Positions 18,601-28,985 of a stretch of 64,000 bases of DNA are shown piece after piece. A program made the translations under genes and the position numbers. This stretch comes from a virus: the IMG/VR virus record IMGVR_UViG_3300008108_000011, positions 32,001-96,000 of that record, one strand, 5' to 3'. Within the stretch, counting starts at the first letter, position 1, and each line of letters opens with the position of its first letter. The notes below the pieces were generated by a model. That model saw only the letters and a list, made by a program, of their open reading frames with translations. It did not search any database and was not told where the DNA came from.

Positions 18601-21600
18601 TGGTGTTTTGGGTGAGCAAACTCAATCGGTATTTGCTTTCAATAGAGCAAGAGATTGGGCTAAGAAAGCAATTTCAAACCTTCTAGGAAATACTTCTCTA
18701 CTTGATGTAATTAGTATCACTTCATCTGGAACAACTGTCACCGTAACGACAGGAAATCCACATAATTTAGAAGCAGGTAATAAAGTAACAGTTGGCGGTG
18801 CAACTCAAACTGCATATAATGGAAAAGTAACTGTTCTTGCTTCTGGATTAACTGCTACCCAATTTAGATACACTGCATTATCTGCTCCTTCTGCGTCACC
18901 AGCTACTGGTGCATATTATGTTTCGACTGTAACTATTGATCCATCTAATGATTCTATTGTTGCTGGTAGATATAAGGATGCGAGCAACTTAGTTAAATCA
19001 AATCGTCAAGAAATTATTGATAGAGCTGCAGCTAAAGTTGCTATTGATTTTCCTGATTTTTATTATCCAGGTGATAGTCAATCAAATGCAACTTCTCGTT
19101 TTAAGGATTCGTATCGTCTAATTCAACAAAACAGACAAGAAATTATTGATAGAGCAGCTGCCGAAATCGCTGTTCAGCATCCAGATTTTTATTATCCAAA
19201 TGATGCTCAAACTACAAGCACATCGAGATATAAAGATGCTTATCGTTTGATCCAATTAAATAGACAAGAAATTATTAATGGAGCTTATGCTCAAATTGCT
19301 ATTGATTATCCTGGATTTACAAATCCAAATCCAACAAAGTGTCAAAGAGACATTGGATATTTTATTGATGCAATTTCTCTTGATATTTCAATTGGATCTG
19401 GTAATGTTTATTCGCGCAAGTTCACTCAGCAGTATTTTACTGTTAGTGGAGCTCCAATTAGTGATGGATTACTAGGAGAAGAAACACAATCGATTGCTGC
19501 ATTTAATAAAGCTCGTGATTTGATGAAATCGGCAATCACAAATCAATTAACGGTAAAAGATTTAACTGTTACTGTAGATCCTATTACTGGTTCTAATACA
19601 AATGTAAATTCTTGTTCTAATGTTCAACTTGCAATTACTAACTTAAGCGCAATTGTTACAAATGCTATTGGTGCTGGTAGTATTTCTGGTTTACCACCTG
19701 AAAATGTAGGAACTGTTCCTGCTGGAGAAACAAAATGCAAGAGAGATATTGGCATGTTTATTGATGCTATTTCTCTTGATATTGTTCAGGGAGGTGGTAA
19801 TGTTTATGCGCGTAAATTCATTCAACAGTATTTTAATCAGGCAGGAACTGCTTGGATAACTGGCGGATTACAAGGTGAAGAAGCTCAGTCTGTAACTGCA
19901 TTTAACAAAGCAAGAGATATAATGAAACTTGCTGTAGCAAACCAGTTATATGTAAAAGATCTTTCTATTACTGCTGATCCTGCTCCTGGTTCTAATTATG
20001 GAACTTCTGGATCTAATACTGATAATAATTTAAATCCTGCTCTATGTTCAGATGTTCAAAATGCAATTACAACTTTAACTTCTATTGTTACTGCTAGAGT
20101 AACTGCTGGAAATCTTACTGGATTACCTGCAGAAACACAAGCAACCATTCCAAATGGAGAAGCTAAGTGTAAGCGCGACATTGGTTATATTGTAGATTCT
20201 ATTGCCCAAGATTTATTCTGGGGTGGAAATGAATTTACTGTTGGTGCAGTAAGAGAATATTTTACTCTAGCAGGTGTTCCTATTTCTAATGGATTAGTTA
20301 ATGAAGAGAGTCAAACAGTAGTTGCTTTTAATGCTGCAAAAGATGTTGTTAAAAAAGCAGTTACAAATCAACTTTATTCTAAAAATTTAAATCTTTCTTA
20401 TGGTCCAGCAAATGCTGGTGGATCGGGTGGAAATGTAACATACAATGCATCTGGTAATGGTGCTACTTGCGTAGATGTTCAGACCACAGTAGAAAACTTA
20501 TTTGCAATTGCTACTAGTGTTGTAGCGTCTGGAACTTTAGCAAATCTTCCTCCAGTAACTAATGGATCTTACGATTGTGCTAATGTTAGAAATAGTATAG
20601 ATACATTAACTGCAATTTTAACAACTGCGTTAGCATCAGGAAATCTATCTTCTTTACCTGAAGAGAATCCAGGATCATGGAGCACAGTTAGTGAGAGTAG
20701 TAAGTGTAAGCGTGATATTGGATATATTGTAGAGGCAGTTACTTCTGATCTACGTTTGGGTGGAAATGAAAATACTATCAACGCAGCAGAAGCATACTAT
20801 ACAGCTGTTCCTCTCAACACTGACACTGTAGACGGAAGACAAGATGGATTTACTCTAGATTATATTGAAAATGAGAGACCAGAAACTCTAGATGCATACA
20901 ACTATGTAAGAAATTTGGCTATCTCAGCAATGAGAAACCACAATACTTATATCAATAATGCTTCCACTACTTTAAATTCTCCAATCGTTACAGTTCCAAG
21001 CACAATTGGTCTTGCTATTGGAATGCGTGTTAGAAGTGTCAATGCTATTCCAACAGGTCCTTCTGATACAGTATCATTTACTTCTACTATTCCAGATACA
21101 GCATACATCAAAAAAATTGGTGATGGTCAAAATGGATTGGCATCGAATCAAATAGAATTAGGAAGACTAGGAAGCAGATTTGATGATGGAGAAACTGTAA
21201 GTGCTCAGGGAACATCGTCTACTGTAAAATTATACGTTGAATTAAATCAAGGATCTTGGGCAACAACAATTGCTCCTTCAACCGATAGCGCAGTTATTCA
21301 AGATTATAATTACACGGCTGCTGGCGATCCTTCAACTGGATCTCCAGGAGGAGAGTGCGCTACTGTTGCTAATTCAATTGTTAATTATTTCAATATTATT
21401 TCAACAATTATCAACAATGGTGTTGGTGTTGTTCCTAGAGTTGCTTCTTCTCTTAACACAGCATCCCTCGCTCAAAGAGGATCTCTATTCACTTTAACTG
21501 AATATGATAGCAATGGAAATCCAACATCAAACCCCCACCAGTTAGAAACTGGAACTCCAGTAAGACTTGTTCCATCTCCTAGACCAGGAACTAATCCAGA

Positions 21601-24600
21601 CAAGAGACTGGTTAGACTTCCAAAAGGATTTGATACAAATACTATTTACTATGTAATTGCTCCTGGCAGAAGAACAGATCCTTTTGATTATTCTAATTCT
21701 ATCGGATTTAATGGCGCAAATCAGCAAACATTGATGCTTGCTACTAGTGAAGAGAATGCTGCCGCAGGTATTTACATTTATTCTTCCGAGACTGATAGTG
21801 TAGATCCAGATGTAAATATTGATGTTTATCAGTATGTTCTAGATCTTAAGTATGATCTACATCAATATGAAACTAAAATTGCTAATAATAGCAGCACCGA
21901 ATTTGAAACCACTAGACCACATATTTTTGACAAACCAGCTGATGGAGTTGAACCTCAGTTAGTGTTCTTTAGAGTTGGAAGTGATATTATTGGATCATCG
22001 TTGCCTACTCTATCTTCTAATTTTGGTGGAACTGTTATTTCAGAAAAGCAACAGTATTATGTTCGTTATGTAAGTTCCAGAAGATTTACGATTCACCAAA
22101 CATTTACTGATGCTAGAGATAATATTAATCCTGTAACTTTCCAACCAGGAAGCACCGCAGTATTCTACGCATTTGCTAGCAAGAGAAGATCTCCTCTCAA
22201 ATATGATCCTGTTGTAGGTGGTGCAAATGATGGTTGCTGGTATTTAAACACCTTAACTGCAGGAAATGAAATTGTTCCTAGATTGAAGTTTAGTGATTAT
22301 GCAGGAAGAATCAGAACAACTGATACTTACTTTGAACGTATTGAAGATAATAGAACGGAAGATGATCGTGTATATAGATTCCGTTATGTAATTCCTAAGA
22401 ATCTTAAAACCGTTCGTGATCCTCTACGTGGATTTGTGTTTAAGATTAGAACAGATGAAAAGAGAAGATTGCTCCCCCAGAAAATATTACTGAAACCAAC
22501 TGCATCTGGTTCTTCACTTGCCACAATTAATGCTCCTGTCACTGGTGAAAGACTAGGTTTAACTGTATCTGAACTATACAGTCAAACTGGTAAAGATTCT
22601 ACTTACGATCCAGGTCCTCAGGGTAATCCTAAGAGAATCGAAACAGATTCTAAGATTTCTTTCACAGTTCAATCTGCCAGAAAGAGAACTATTCAAAATA
22701 GAGATTATTTAGAATTAACTGTATTTGATATTGGTGTAGATGCCGAAGCATATAAGACTAAACTCTTCACAACGGTTAAAATTTCTGCTCCTGAGGGTGG
22801 AGATGGATCCTTTATTGAAAGTATTCCAAATTCTAATAACACAAATAAAATTACTTGGGATGGTAATAGCAAGGGAACTGCATATGTTCACGCATATTTT
22901 TCTTATGAAAACGATTACTACATGATTCTTAAGGATCTCACTGGTAATTCTGAAATTAAGTATGATAGTAATACAGTTACTACCTTTACTCAAGGATCTG
23001 TAACTGCTACTTTACTTGATCAACCAAATGGCGGAAGATCTGACATTTCTAATTTCCTTTATGTTGTGGAAGGAGCAAACGTTTACACTATGACTCCTGG
23101 CGACACTTTAAATGATGATCAAGGAGTGTCGTATACAATTGCTGAAGTAGAAGATTCTTCTGAACTTGAAAGCACTTTCTACATTTTTGATATTGATACT
23201 ATCCGTAGAAGAATTGCTGGTCAACAAGATGGTGTGTATTATCTCACATGTTTACGTGGAGATATTAGACCTTTCCCAACTGGTTCTGGTGTTGGTGAAA
23301 ACTTCAGAAACTTCAGATTCTCTCAACCAGTATCTAAGTTATATCCAGAATTCTATAAGAACGACCCAGAATGGTATAAGGGAATAAGTGCAGCAACTGC
23401 CACGTTACTTGATCCACCACCAACAATTTCTGCGGCAGACAACTATATCCATGGTTTAGTTACGGTTAATGATTCCAAAGGATCTGTAACTAGAGAAACC
23501 GTTCTTGATTTTGTTGCTGATCCTGGAACAGGAAATTATACATATTCTGGAAATAATACAATTCAAGCTCAACCAGGATCAGCTTCTGCTGGATCTGAAG
23601 GCAGATTGATTCCTATTTCTGGCGATTCTCCATATCCAACAGAAGGAAAACTTTATATAGAACTTCGTAGACCATCTATTGCGCGTTCTGGCAACCATAC
23701 CTTTGAATACCTTGGTTTCGGTCCTGGTAACTACTCAACTGGTTTCCCTGCGCGTCAGGAAGTGGTCTTAACTGATGTTCAAGACTTCTATGCTCAAGCT
23801 AAGCGTGAAGACGCTGGTATCGTCTTCTACACGGGTCTGAACTCCAATGGTGACCTCTACATTGGTAATCGCAAGATCAATGCTATTACTGGTGAAGAAA
23901 CATTCCTAGAAAGAGCGGCATTAGTTGAATCTGAGGATGAAGGAGATAGTATTGGCAATCTTGTAACTACTTTTGATACTCCAGTTACATTTAATCAAAT
24001 CATCACAATTAATGGTGGTGATGGATCTGATGAAAGTTTCTTCAATTCTCCAGTTGTAATTAATAATGCAACTTCTTTCGGAACGGTAGAAAATTATCCT
24101 TCACTTAAGATTGTTACTGGAGAAGGAACTCCTGTTGGATTTGATCAGTATTTAGAATATAATACTGTTGGTCAAAGAACAGGTGATATCGTCATTCATC
24201 AAAACAGAATTACTGCAGCTGTATTTGATTTCAATCCAAGAGGAACACAAGATTATACTATTAGAACTTCCATATCAAATATCACTCCAGATTTTAACAA
24301 TACATTTGGGCAAACTACAGGATTTACTTCTCAAATTTTAGCAACTAATTTTGGAACTAGAGATCCGTTGAAGTCAGGTGATATGCTATTGAAGGGAGAT
24401 CAAACTTCCTTTACTGGATCGTTAGGTTGGATATATGCTAATGATTACATTGCTATAACTAACAGATCTGATGGTCAAACAACACCTCAAGTTGTAGGTA
24501 TTCAGGGTAATGCTACTGGAACATTTGCTAGAATTAACTGGAATACTGGTATTAATAATGGTTCTCTAAGTATTAATAGTTCTACTCAAATTAGAATTAC

Positions 24601-27600
24601 TAATGCTACTGGAACATTAGCAGTTACAAATGGTGTTTGGAATATTGTTCCAGGAAGTTTTAACGCTTCTAACAATTATATTGATGTTATTCTGAACTCT
24701 AATCTTTCTGTGTATCCAGTTAATCTTAATAATGGTAAAGGATACCCAGTTGATCAAGTAGCACAACCAAATATTGCAATCGCTCGTTCGTCTTCTCAAT
24801 TTAAGGAGTGGGGTGTTCTAGGTGCAGAAGCAATTAGAACAGAAACTTCTTCGATTGGAAATTACAAGTTAGGTATTAATACCGTTGCTCGTTCTCCACA
24901 TTCTGCATATCTGACAGCATTTGTTTCTCCAGAAACAACGCCAAGAGCAAATCTTGATGTTGTCGGTAATGCATTTATCAGTGGTAAGGCAATTAATTCT
25001 TATTTAACTGAGCAAACATCTACGAAGACAGAAACTAATTTAGACAATGCTTTGGTTGTTGGTGGCAATAGTTTGAGTCTAAATGGTCCTGCTACATTCC
25101 GTGTTCAGACAACGAATAATGGTAGAGTAGGAATTAATACTTCTCTAGTTGATGTCGTAAATCCATCCAACGTTCTTGATAGAAATTTTGTAGTTGTAGG
25201 TAATGCTAGAATTACTTCAGATTTTGAATTAACAGGTGACCTTCAAGTTAATGGTGGTGATTTAACTACAACTTCTCCATCTTTCAATTTATTAAATACT
25301 TCTTCTCCAGACATTTTAAACTTTGCTGGTGGTGCAGAAATATTTAATATTGGTCACACGACAACTGGAGCTCAAACAATTAATGTCGGCAATGCTGCTT
25401 CATCTAGTTATATTCAAGTTGGTAACGTTGCTACAGAATCTGTTTTCAGAATTCATAGAAATTCATTAAACGCAATTGTTGATATTGCTTCCGTTGCTGA
25501 TACTGTTGGTAATAGTTGTGAAGTTCAAATTGGCGGAGCATGGAACAATACTGCTAGCTTCACTGAAATACGCACCAGACAAACATTAATTGCTGGAGAA
25601 TTAGAATTTGGAACTAGGTATGCTTCTGGAACTAGTCAGTCTAGAATTTTCACTCAGACTAGAGTTCTGAATGCATTTGATGGTGATCAAACCAATACAG
25701 TTAATCTTGCTACTAATGCAACTACCTTCAACCTCGGATCTCTTGGTGGTAATACTACCATTAGAAATACTCTTAATGTTCTTGCAAGTGAAAACGTTAA
25801 TGGTAATATTAGACTGAATGGTGGATTAAATGCAGGTATTGTTGAAATTGTAAGAGGAAGATTCTCTACAACACCAGTCGCACACAACGTAGGAAATCTC
25901 GCAAACACCAACATTGATTATTATCAGTATAATACAACTGGTAGAATAATTGATACTCAAGGTGTTGCACAATGGGGAGGAACTTCGTTCTTGGTTGCTG
26001 GTGGTCAAATTGCTGGTATTGATACTATTACAAATACTGGCGGAACAAATAGAAATCCTGGAACATATAGTTTCATTCCAGCAACAGGTGGAACTGGAAC
26101 GGGTGCTACATTTACTATTAGCATTGCTAACGATAAAACTCTTAATATTGATATTGTTAGCCCTGGATCTGGATATACTGATAATGACCTATTAATAATT
26201 ACTGCTGCACAAATTGGTGGTGGAACTGGTGCTGGCAATCTTACATTCCAAGTAAATGGTGTAAATGCTGGTGGATCTAGCTATTATCTACCAATTTCTA
26301 CTCCTGGTGTGTTTGATTTCAGAGTTGGTGATCTTATTCTCATAGATCGTGGTGATGCAGCAACACCAGATAGTGTTGTTGTTTCTGGTGGTGGAAGCAT
26401 TACTGGATTAAGAAATCAAGCAAACAGTGAGATTGTTCGTGTTACTGGATTAACAAACTTAAGTAATCCAAATGATCCAGAAGGTTTCCGAGTTCAAGTT
26501 ATTCGTGGTCAGGAAGGAACACAGGTAAGAACAGATCACCCACAAGGTTGTGTGCTTGCTAAATTAATTAAACAAACAAATGCAAGTTATATTACAGGAT
26601 CTGATCTTAATAATGATGGAGTTTTAGATACACCTGTGACGGGTATTTCAAATTCCTCTGTCAATGTTAATATTGGTGTTGCTGAATTTGGTGGAGTTCT
26701 TACTACCAGAGACTTCTTGAGATTATCTGGTTCAGAAATCGTTGGTATTGCTAGAACGGTATCCACTGATATTCAAGTTCTTGAAGTTAACGATGGATCT
26801 TTAACACCCGCTACAGTATTCAAAGTAGAATCTACTACTGGTAATACAATTATTGGTGGTAATCTTGGGGTTGGAACTGGATTTAATAAATTTACAGTTA
26901 CTGGATCATCTGGAAACACTAATATTGCTGGAACATTAACAACAGAGAACACATTAACTATTAATGGATCTACTATTCCTAATACTCAATTCTTTACTAT
27001 TACTAACGGTGGTGCTACAGGAACTCCATTGAGAACTACATTCCAGATTGATACTGCGAATGGTAATGTTAGAATGAATGGTGGAAACATCAACATCTAT
27101 GGAACTGATGGAACAACACCTAGACTAACGTTTGTCAATTCTTCGGGTGACTTTACCACATATGGTTCTTTCTCTGCTCTTGGAACGGGTGCTAGCACTT
27201 TTGGTGGTGATATTGTTGCTGCAGGTGATTTAACAATTAATGGTGGTGATATCACTGTTAATTCTGGAGGTAATCCTATTTTTGAGGTAAATAGTAATGG
27301 TTCTATGCGTATTGCTGGAATCAATAATTACTTTACTCAAACGGGTGGTAGAAGATGGGAGTATGCCGATGGATTTGTCATTAATGCTTTGGCAAACGTT
27401 AATTATTTTGTTAATGCTACACAAAATACGCTATTTAAACTTCCTCAAAATGCTCTAATTGGTGATATGATTCGTATTATAGATATTGGTGGAAACTTAA
27501 ATTATAATTTAAGTTTGATTGTAAGAGCTCCTGACAACGTAAAAGTTCAGAACGCATCTGATAATACTGCAAGAAATATTGCTTCTGGTATTCCAGTTTC

Positions 27601-27745
27601 TGATTTTGTTGGATATAATGGTGGTGAAATGGTTGTTCAAACTCCATACGCTGCATTTGCACTAGTTTTTGCAGGATCTACAACTCCAGATGGCAACACT
27701 GCTGTTCCATCATCTATCGCTGGTTGGTATTTAATCGAAGTCTAA
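15608..27745 (+). CDS. Giant virion structural/tail-fibre protein (~4045 aa)
   Basis: Start MPLTRLDN..YLYVSPDDFNATD..RGNS..RPF resembles large cyanomyovirus structural proteins. Internal KCKRDIGY helical repeats; Thr/Gly/Asn-rich beta C-terminus. Start moved from 15521 to 15608 because the late promoter lies at 15562. Confidence 0.75.
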   Translation: MPLTRLDNLISSKTGKYLYVSPDDFNATDALDNRGNSPLRPFVSIQRAFLEAARFSYLPNVDNDRFDQFTIMLSPGNHYIDNRPGVEDVSTLPIFQFNQATQEWEANTNVSFDLSDPDNILYKFNGRDGGATIPRGTSLVGTDLRRTQVRALYVPDPADPDVPRTALFNVTGGCYFWQFTILDGDLEASSPLYNVGSPVGVGKVYTQPGSTTNLAIPEFSHHKMTNFVFADREDLGLLYRKIARVFSDYQPAIDDVYVEGSNTPVTDSWFSTTTYQIGDRVLYDGNAYIASAVSTNIAPDADETKWSRLVIRGREFDFRVQENRIVGPLSDAVRLDEVTILDSNPAGTVTVKVRTKINHGFFPGQYVAISNNGLNTTLNGVFKVTAISQTDPKEFEYKVATTATGLGLISGTTYTAVSSPSLDTNATVQAEVDSVESASPYVFNVSIRSTWGICGIWADGRKATGFKSMVIAQYTGVSLQKDDRAFIRYDEFSNTWNQAPLTDAFATTPYHIKGDAYWKDDWRNFHVRASDDSFIQNVSIFAVGFADHFLLESGGDMSITNSNSNFGNTSMHSKGYKGFAFSQDKGGYITHIVPPKSLSTLKNIKQQYYVLDAQLTRATSNQNRLYFGSDDARSAEDRPAASIGGYRIGARRNEKLFVKLDTSAAKQAELSPSGFKRWVSSLSTISPTGSRSVEDISRLYVTSTVGFASNDFVKVDNEFFRITAVNPSSLNVVRAQLSSAASDHVNASIVTKYIQNAVATTVLNEEVDATETVFDVQSTTGLAPNMFASITNSQTSINETVRIVTIEGASQITVQRGQLGTIAVAQPQTSLVTLTTLSNTYSPASPSVTTTLTERYPRITPASNASERDYNLAQDAANLIDSNKTFIQAEAFGYVLQKYPYLQNISYVNPNITAETGRYRDASNLIKANRQEIIDYAFTQMQVAFPSFVVPNNENDKCKRDIGYIVDAIANDLYDGGNASIIEATKAYFDNNGSLITNGVLGEQTQSVFAFNRARDWAKKAISNLLGNTSLLDVISITSSGTTVTVTTGNPHNLEAGNKVTVGGATQTAYNGKVTVLASGLTATQFRYTALSAPSASPATGAYYVSTVTIDPSNDSIVAGRYKDASNLVKSNRQEIIDRAAAKVAIDFPDFYYPGDSQSNATSRFKDSYRLIQQNRQEIIDRAAAEIAVQHPDFYYPNDAQTTSTSRYKDAYRLIQLNRQEIINGAYAQIAIDYPGFTNPNPTKCQRDIGYFIDAISLDISIGSGNVYSRKFTQQYFTVSGAPISDGLLGEETQSIAAFNKARDLMKSAITNQLTVKDLTVTVDPITGSNTNVNSCSNVQLAITNLSAIVTNAIGAGSISGLPPENVGTVPAGETKCKRDIGMFIDAISLDIVQGGGNVYARKFIQQYFNQAGTAWITGGLQGEEAQSVTAFNKARDIMKLAVANQLYVKDLSITADPAPGSNYGTSGSNTDNNLNPALCSDVQNAITTLTSIVTARVTAGNLTGLPAETQATIPNGEAKCKRDIGYIVDSIAQDLFWGGNEFTVGAVREYFTLAGVPISNGLVNEESQTVVAFNAAKDVVKKAVTNQLYSKNLNLSYGPANAGGSGGNVTYNASGNGATCVDVQTTVENLFAIATSVVASGTLANLPPVTNGSYDCANVRNSIDTLTAILTTALASGNLSSLPEENPGSWSTVSESSKCKRDIGYIVEAVTSDLRLGGNENTINAAEAYYTAVPLNTDTVDGRQDGFTLDYIENERPETLDAYNYVRNLAISAMRNHNTYINNASTTLNSPIVTVPSTIGLAIGMRVRSVNAIPTGPSDTVSFTSTIPDTAYIKKIGDGQNGLASNQIELGRLGSRFDDGETVSAQGTSSTVKLYVELNQGSWATTIAPSTDSAVIQDYNYTAAGDPSTGSPGGECATVANSIVNYFNIISTIINNGVGVVPRVASSLNTASLAQRGSLFTLTEYDSNGNPTSNPHQLETGTPVRLVPSPRPGTNPDKRLVRLPKGFDTNTIYYVIAPGRRTDPFDYSNSIGFNGANQQTLMLATSEENAAAGIYIYSSETDSVDPDVNIDVYQYVLDLKYDLHQYETKIANNSSTEFETTRPHIFDKPADGVEPQLVFFRVGSDIIGSSLPTLSSNFGGTVISEKQQYYVRYVSSRRFTIHQTFTDARDNINPVTFQPGSTAVFYAFASKRRSPLKYDPVVGGANDGCWYLNTLTAGNEIVPRLKFSDYAGRIRTTDTYFERIEDNRTEDDRVYRFRYVIPKNLKTVRDPLRGFVFKIRTDEKRRLLPQKILLKPTASGSSLATINAPVTGERLGLTVSELYSQTGKDSTYDPGPQGNPKRIETDSKISFTVQSARKRTIQNRDYLELTVFDIGVDAEAYKTKLFTTVKISAPEGGDGSFIESIPNSNNTNKITWDGNSKGTAYVHAYFSYENDYYMILKDLTGNSEIKYDSNTVTTFTQGSVTATLLDQPNGGRSDISNFLYVVEGANVYTMTPGDTLNDDQGVSYTIAEVEDSSELESTFYIFDIDTIRRRIAGQQDGVYYLTCLRGDIRPFPTGSGVGENFRNFRFSQPVSKLYPEFYKNDPEWYKGISAATATLLDPPPTISAADNYIHGLVTVNDSKGSVTRETVLDFVADPGTGNYTYSGNNTIQAQPGSASAGSEGRLIPISGDSPYPTEGKLYIELRRPSIARSGNHTFEYLGFGPGNYSTGFPARQEVVLTDVQDFYAQAKREDAGIVFYTGLNSNGDLYIGNRKINAITGEETFLERAALVESEDEGDSIGNLVTTFDTPVTFNQIITINGGDGSDESFFNSPVVINNATSFGTVENYPSLKIVTGEGTPVGFDQYLEYNTVGQRTGDIVIHQNRITAAVFDFNPRGTQDYTIRTSISNITPDFNNTFGQTTGFTSQILATNFGTRDPLKSGDMLLKGDQTSFTGSLGWIYANDYIAITNRSDGQTTPQVVGIQGNATGTFARINWNTGINNGSLSINSSTQIRITNATGTLAVTNGVWNIVPGSFNASNNYIDVILNSNLSVYPVNLNNGKGYPVDQVAQPNIAIARSSSQFKEWGVLGAEAIRTETSSIGNYKLGINTVARSPHSAYLTAFVSPETTPRANLDVVGNAFISGKAINSYLTEQTSTKTETNLDNALVVGGNSLSLNGPATFRVQTTNNGRVGINTSLVDVVNPSNVLDRNFVVVGNARITSDFELTGDLQVNGGDLTTTSPSFNLLNTSSPDILNFAGGAEIFNIGHTTTGAQTINVGNAASSSYIQVGNVATESVFRIHRNSLNAIVDIASVADTVGNSCEVQIGGAWNNTASFTEIRTRQTLIAGELEFGTRYASGTSQSRIFTQTRVLNAFDGDQTNTVNLATNATTFNLGSLGGNTTIRNTLNVLASENVNGNIRLNGGLNAGIVEIVRGRFSTTPVAHNVGNLANTNIDYYQYNTTGRIIDTQGVAQWGGTSFLVAGGQIAGIDTITNTGGTNRNPGTYSFIPATGGTGTGATFTISIANDKTLNIDIVSPGSGYTDNDLLIITAAQIGGGTGAGNLTFQVNGVNAGGSSYYLPISTPGVFDFRVGDLILIDRGDAATPDSVVVSGGGSITGLRNQANSEIVRVTGLTNLSNPNDPEGFRVQVIRGQEGTQVRTDHPQGCVLAKLIKQTNASYITGSDLNNDGVLDTPVTGISNSSVNVNIGVAEFGGVLTTRDFLRLSGSEIVGIARTVSTDIQVLEVNDGSLTPATVFKVESTTGNTIIGGNLGVGTGFNKFTVTGSSGNTNIAGTLTTENTLTINGSTIPNTQFFTITNGGATGTPLRTTFQIDTANGNVRMNGGNINIYGTDGTTPRLTFVNSSGDFTTYGSFSALGTGASTFGGDIVAAGDLTINGGDITVNSGGNPIFEVNSNGSMRIAGINNYFTQTGGRRWEYADGFVINALANVNYFVNATQNTLFKLPQNALIGDMIRIIDIGGNLNYNLSLIVRAPDNVKVQNASDNTARNIASGIPVSDFVGYNGGEMVVQTPYAAFALVFAGSTTPDGNTAVPSSIAGWYLIEV

Positions 27746-27746
27746 T

Positions 27747-28976
27747 ATGTTTTACCAAGAAGTAAAATCCGCAAGGGCAGCTGCAATAGGCACCATCATG
27801 CCCTGGACAGGACCAATTAGTGACGTTCCTAAGGGATGGGTATTCTGTAATGGTCAAACTGTTACAGCAAGTGAGTATCCATTATTAGTTCAGGCAATAG
27901 GTGATACCTATAATGCAGGAACTTCAGATCTTGGTGGGTCTTTTCCTAATTATAGTGGAAGTATAGTTCTTCCTAGTTTAAATGGAAAAGCATTGATGGA
28001 TTTGGAAGAATCATATTTTGCTAGTAGAGCAAGTGGTGGCACTGGAAGAGCAGCGGATACAAATACAGAGGCAAGAACTATTATTTCTCCGTATATTGGA
28101 ACTAACTCTGATAATTCTATTCCAGTTATTTTTAATGATGTCTATACTGATGTTATTTTTACATTAAATGATAGAAGTGGATATGGTGGTAGGATCAGAG
28201 GATCTAGTATTCAAAGAGGTGAGGCTTCTAGAACAGTTTATATTGCTCCAAGAAAATTAGGTAGAAATCATCTTAGGGGTCATAGACATTCTGGTAGTTA
28301 CGACACCATATCTAGAACTCCAGATTCATCTCCTGGTGATGGGGTAATTCCTTGGGATAATATGGAATTCAAATTTGGTCTTGGTATTCAAGACGTTGAA
28401 CCAGGACCTCAGGGTGATGTTTATGGTTTGAACTTTCAAATGACGAGAGGTGATACGTGGTCGGATATAGAAAGCAGAAGTGGTTTTGGTAGTGGTCAGG
28501 CAGGAAGAACTGTTGCTGCTGTTTGGTCTGAAAATCCTCCCATAAACTTATTTCCTCAATCTGTTCGTAGAACTCCTATTTCTGGTGCATTGCAAGATGC
28601 AAGATTAACTTCTGGCAGAACTGTTTCTTATGGTATAGGTGGAGGAACTGTTACTGTTCCTAGTGGGTATACAAATTATTATGCTGATCTTGGAACATCT
28701 ACAAATTATGGAACATTAAATAGTCATCCAGCATATGATTTCAATCAAAACTCAGGAGCAATTGGATTTAATCCAGTTATAGAACCACATAATCATGACG
28801 AAATAGATGTAACTTTTGATACTGGAAATCTTAGACCACAAAGTTCTTTGACGGCTAGTGCAAACATACCAGTAACTACTACATTAGATAATACTCAAAA
28901 TAGATCGGTATTGCAAGTTAATTTTAATACTTCGCAACCAGGATTAAATTGCATTTATATCATCAGAGCATACTAG
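27747..28976 (+). CDS. Tail-collar-domain fibre/baseplate protein
   Basis: IGTIMPWTG..VPKGWVFCNGQ..EYPLLVQAIGDTY tail-collar motif; ends CIYIIRAY. Confidence 0.75.
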   Translation: MFYQEVKSARAAAIGTIMPWTGPISDVPKGWVFCNGQTVTASEYPLLVQAIGDTYNAGTSDLGGSFPNYSGSIVLPSLNGKALMDLEESYFASRASGGTGRAADTNTEARTIISPYIGTNSDNSIPVIFNDVYTDVIFTLNDRSGYGGRIRGSSIQRGEASRTVYIAPRKLGRNHLRGHRHSGSYDTISRTPDSSPGDGVIPWDNMEFKFGLGIQDVEPGPQGDVYGLNFQMTRGDTWSDIESRSGFGSGQAGRTVAAVWSENPPINLFPQSVRRTPISGALQDARLTSGRTVSYGIGGGTVTVPSGYTNYYADLGTSTNYGTLNSHPAYDFNQNSGAIGFNPVIEPHNHDEIDVTFDTGNLRPQSSLTASANIPVTTTLDNTQNRSVLQVNFNTSQPGLNCIYIIRAY

Positions 28977-28985
28977 GATAAAAAA

